From Octopus sinensis (lineage: Eukaryota): DNA of 64,000 bases. Where the stretch lies: contig NW_021836289.1 in NCBI RefSeq assembly GCF_006345805.1, positions 151,793 to 215,792 of the forward strand, given 5' to 3'. Positions 60,950 to 64,000 of the stretch are shown here, in pieces. The stretch's first letter is position 1, and the number at the start of each line of letters is the position of its first letter. The notes under the pieces are model-generated. The model saw nothing but the letters and a program-made list of their open reading frames with translations. It searched no databases and was not told the DNA's origin. Both the position numbers and the translations under genes were made by a program.

Positions 60950-62330
60950 GTTGATGGGCAATCGAATGTTTAAGCTGTTATGGTTTGCTCTTCGGCGCAC
61001 CGGCTTACTCCTATCCAGAGTCTCCCAAACCTCTTCCTCCTCGTTTGCTACAATCATTAAACAAGAATTGGGCTTTTACGACGAGAACCGTTTTTCTATT
61101 CGCTATTTGCAGGCCTATCTCGTCAATTCAGAGACTCCTTCTGATTCAAGCTCCCATAACACTCCCGTGAATGATGACGACTATCTATACAGAAAGATAA
61201 ATAGCAAACTCATGAGTGGTGATGTTCATCGAGCTGTCGGCTTGTTGCCTCGACGAGTTCCATTTTGTTCTCGACACAGGGCGTCTTGAATTCTGTCAGG
61301 GAGAAGCATCCCTTTCAACTTCACGACTTAGAATTCAGTCGTCCCCTGCCACACTTGCTGTCAATCCCTTTATGGCTTCGTACTGAAAGCCCTGAGGAAC
61401 TTTTCCGTAGGAAACAGTGATGGAGTAGATGGCCTAAACCTTGGTCTTCTAAAAGATTTGACTGCTCCCATCACCTCTGAAGCTGGACTGAGATTATTAC
61501 GTACAATTACCAATTCGTTTTATTTCCGGCTTTTTTTTCTGATTTTGCACGCGGGATCTTCTTTTCTTCTAATCTTACTGCCCTCTGGAAAAAAGACAAC
61601 GGCCTGAGATGCATCACCGTAGGAAATATTTTCCGGATGCTCTCTTCTATGCTACGCCATTGTCCCCTACTTATCTTCGGAGTTTAGACCTCCCCAACTC
61701 GAGGTCGGTGTCTCAAATGGCTACGAAGCGGCTGTTCATTCGATTCGTGAATTACTAAAATTAATGATGGATTATATAATTAACATCTGACTTTTCGAAC
61801 GCTTTCATTCCATCAGACATGATCACCTGCTGGAGTGCTGCCGCGGATTGTTCTTTTGCATATCCTCTGTGCATCTCTCATATGCTCCCCAAGCATCTTT
61901 ATGTTTGACGATGTTCCTATCTCTTAGTCCAAGGGATCCAGCAGATGCCTGGGCTCAGTGGCTATTTCCTCCTTTAAACTCTACTTTACAGCCTCCAAGA
62001 TCCATACACGTTAAGATCCAAGATCATTTATGTATTACCCTGTTTTCACAGAGGTAACCTTGTTTCTGACTTTCCCGGCTGGACCCAGGCATCTTTAACT
62101 GTGCACTGGGGGCCTTTGGCATGAGATCCTATTCCGATCTGCATTCTCGGCATTCCTATCCGCTCACTCTGCTTCTCGTCCTCTGGAGCGGGCTTCAAGT
62201 GGAAGGCTTCTATATTTCAGATTGTCTTATTGTTTTTGACAACATAGTATCCTCTTTGGACATTCTCCAATATGGAGTCCATAACTTTATTCTTGAGAAC
62301 ATTACTTCCGCCATCTTAACAGTACACCCA
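60950..62330 (+). mobile_element. Degenerate CRE-like retrotransposon
   Basis: LWFALRR..SFATIIKQ, INSKLMSGDVHRAV, DGVDGL, ALWKKDNGLRCITVGNIFR, QLEVGVSNGYEAAVHSIR. Confidence 0.75.
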
Positions 62331-62429
62331 AGTAGCGATATCCGTTGATTCCATCGACAGTCTCACAGCATGATAAAGATTCCACATTAGATGCTGATTT
62401 TTCGGAATTCATCTCTAGGCCGACACTTT

Positions 62430-64000
62430 CAAAAATCCATACATTAACAGCCTCCATCATTTTTTGACTAACACATCTTCTTTGAGAGGCAAACTATTTC
62501 AGATCGTCAATAAGAAGAAAGAAATGATTGGTGGAGTATGTCAACATATTGGATCTTCCCGGACTAATTTCGAGTTTGGGAAACATGGAGTTAAGCATCC
62601 TGCTTAGGGGATCCATCGCCATAACGAATAGCAGCGGGGACAATGAATCTCCTTGGAGTATTCCCCGGCTTAACTTACTTTCCCAATTCTTTCCCATCGA
62701 TATGTAGTTTACTGTCCACTTCTTTGACTATGTTCTTTACAAAGCTGACAATCCAATGTGGTATTCCAGAGCAATCCAATACGTGGAACAAGAACTCGTG
62801 ATCAACTGAGTCAAATGCCTTCTTCCATCAACCCCCCAAGCAGAATAGAGGCCATTGCCATACTCCTTATTTAGCATTGGTAATGAGGGCTTGCTCTTGG
62901 CGCACCTTGACATTGCCTTCCTCGTCCCAAGCTGATTATCTGAGATTAAGCCAAAATGCCTCGATGAAATCGGCAGTTTGGCATTAACACATTTGGTGAC
63001 AAGTTTATACAAAGTTGGCATACACTTATAGGGCGTAAGTCCTTCGGGGTCTCACACTCACTTTTTTTAGGGATCAAGTAAGTTACGCCAGTGTAAAACC
63101 AGCTATCGGGGCGTGTACTCTCCATTAATTATTCGGACTATCTCTTTACACAGAAACCCATGCAAAGAATCCATCTTCTTTAAGAAAAAAGTTATACGTT
63201 CCGTCGCATCCGCATGCCTTTCCAGTCAGGTGCATATTTGAGCATATCCATAATAAATCTTGTGAATTGAGGTCGCATGGTTTCAACGCCAGTACACCTC
63301 ACACCCACCAAATCATAAACCCTACGGGCCCCATATTTTTCTGGCTCCAGACATCTTCCCAAAATGATAAGCACTCCCCATCACCAACCCATACAGGGTG
63401 GCTTCGTTGCTCGAGATAAGTTTCGATAAAATCTTCTGCGGTTTAATTCAAAACACGCCATTTGTCTTTCCGGAATTTTTCCTCGAGGAATGGATAGATA
63501 TCTTGTTTCTTTTTGATTCTAATTAGATCATTCAATCGAGTCTCAATTCTGGTTAGCTCCCCCTTCTTAGACTTCTTATCCGTAGCGGCAGAGAACATCC
63601 ATTGCCTTTTGCTTTTCTGCCTGAGGCAAGGTTTGTTTGGAGAAGGAACGAACTGTGTCAATTTCATCTGCTAAGTTAGAGATTTTTCTTTCCGTGTTTC
63701 TCCAACCATGGGCTCTGTGGTCTGGCTCTCGTAGTTAAGGCCAAATAAGCACACTGTGCAGCATATGAGAATATCGGTAATTTGATTAATATCTTGGGGC
63801 GGATCATCTTTTGTAAATGATAAATTGCAGATTTAACCAGCCAGGATATCAGTTTTTACCATCCTTCGTTGCACCTTTGGAGTTGGCTTTTTCGAGAGTC
63901 TCTCTGAATAGACTGAACTTTCCAAATTTGGAATTTGAGTTCCTCTAGGCAATTTCGAAAACGGGAAATTTCTACGTCCACATCATCTTGCACTCTGGAA
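62430..64000 (-). mobile_element. R4/NeSL-like retrotransposon, 3'-truncated, runs off the window
   Basis: MPTLYKLVTKCVN, LISDNQLGTR, RGILQGDSLSPLLFVMAMDPLSRML, NHFF..DDLK; paralogous to 43400-44850. Confidence 0.85.

Noticed and set aside
1-64000. CRISPR array, prokaryotic defence system, rRNA/snRNA/SL-RNA genes, telomeric arrays
   Set aside because: No regularly spaced repeat-spacer units, operons or recognisable rRNA/U-snRNA motifs; (TTAG)n tracts are short LINE tails.

Overview
AT-rich eukaryotic (animal) genomic DNA; not prokaryotic, so no operons, CRISPR arrays or rRNA. The ORF track is fragmented because genes are broken by ultra-short (about 21-33 nt) spliceosomal introns, several with GC-AG ends. 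After manual splicing I recognise RPSA, an Lhx1/5-type LIM-homeobox gene, a BET bromodomain gene, transaldolase, ABHD16A, a sphingosine-kinase-like gene, a very divergent G-beta-like WD40 gene, a LAMP, coronin-7 and an SLC17 transporter. There are also decayed, intron-retaining copies of an EGFR-like ectodomain, Raf and RPB2; the last two are fused to each other and to a hAT transposase. By hand tally about 40-45% of the window is transposon-derived: many CRE-like and R4/NeSL-like RLE retrotransposon copies, other LINEs, pogo/Tigger, Tc1, two hAT types, Merlin/ISXO2-like, a Ginger/KRBA2-like integrase and a tRNA-like SINE, often nested with intact TSDs. Metazoan-specific genes with miniature introns point to a highly reduced parasitic animal, most plausibly a dicyemid (inference). 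I found no clear-cut new multi-gene system. The best leads are the micro-intron/GC-AG splicing regime, the Raf::RPB2::hAT chimera and apparently non-site-specific CRE retrotransposons. All family assignments come from motif recognition by eye, not database searches. Boundaries of degenerate repeats are approximate, and some frameshifts may be assembly indels.
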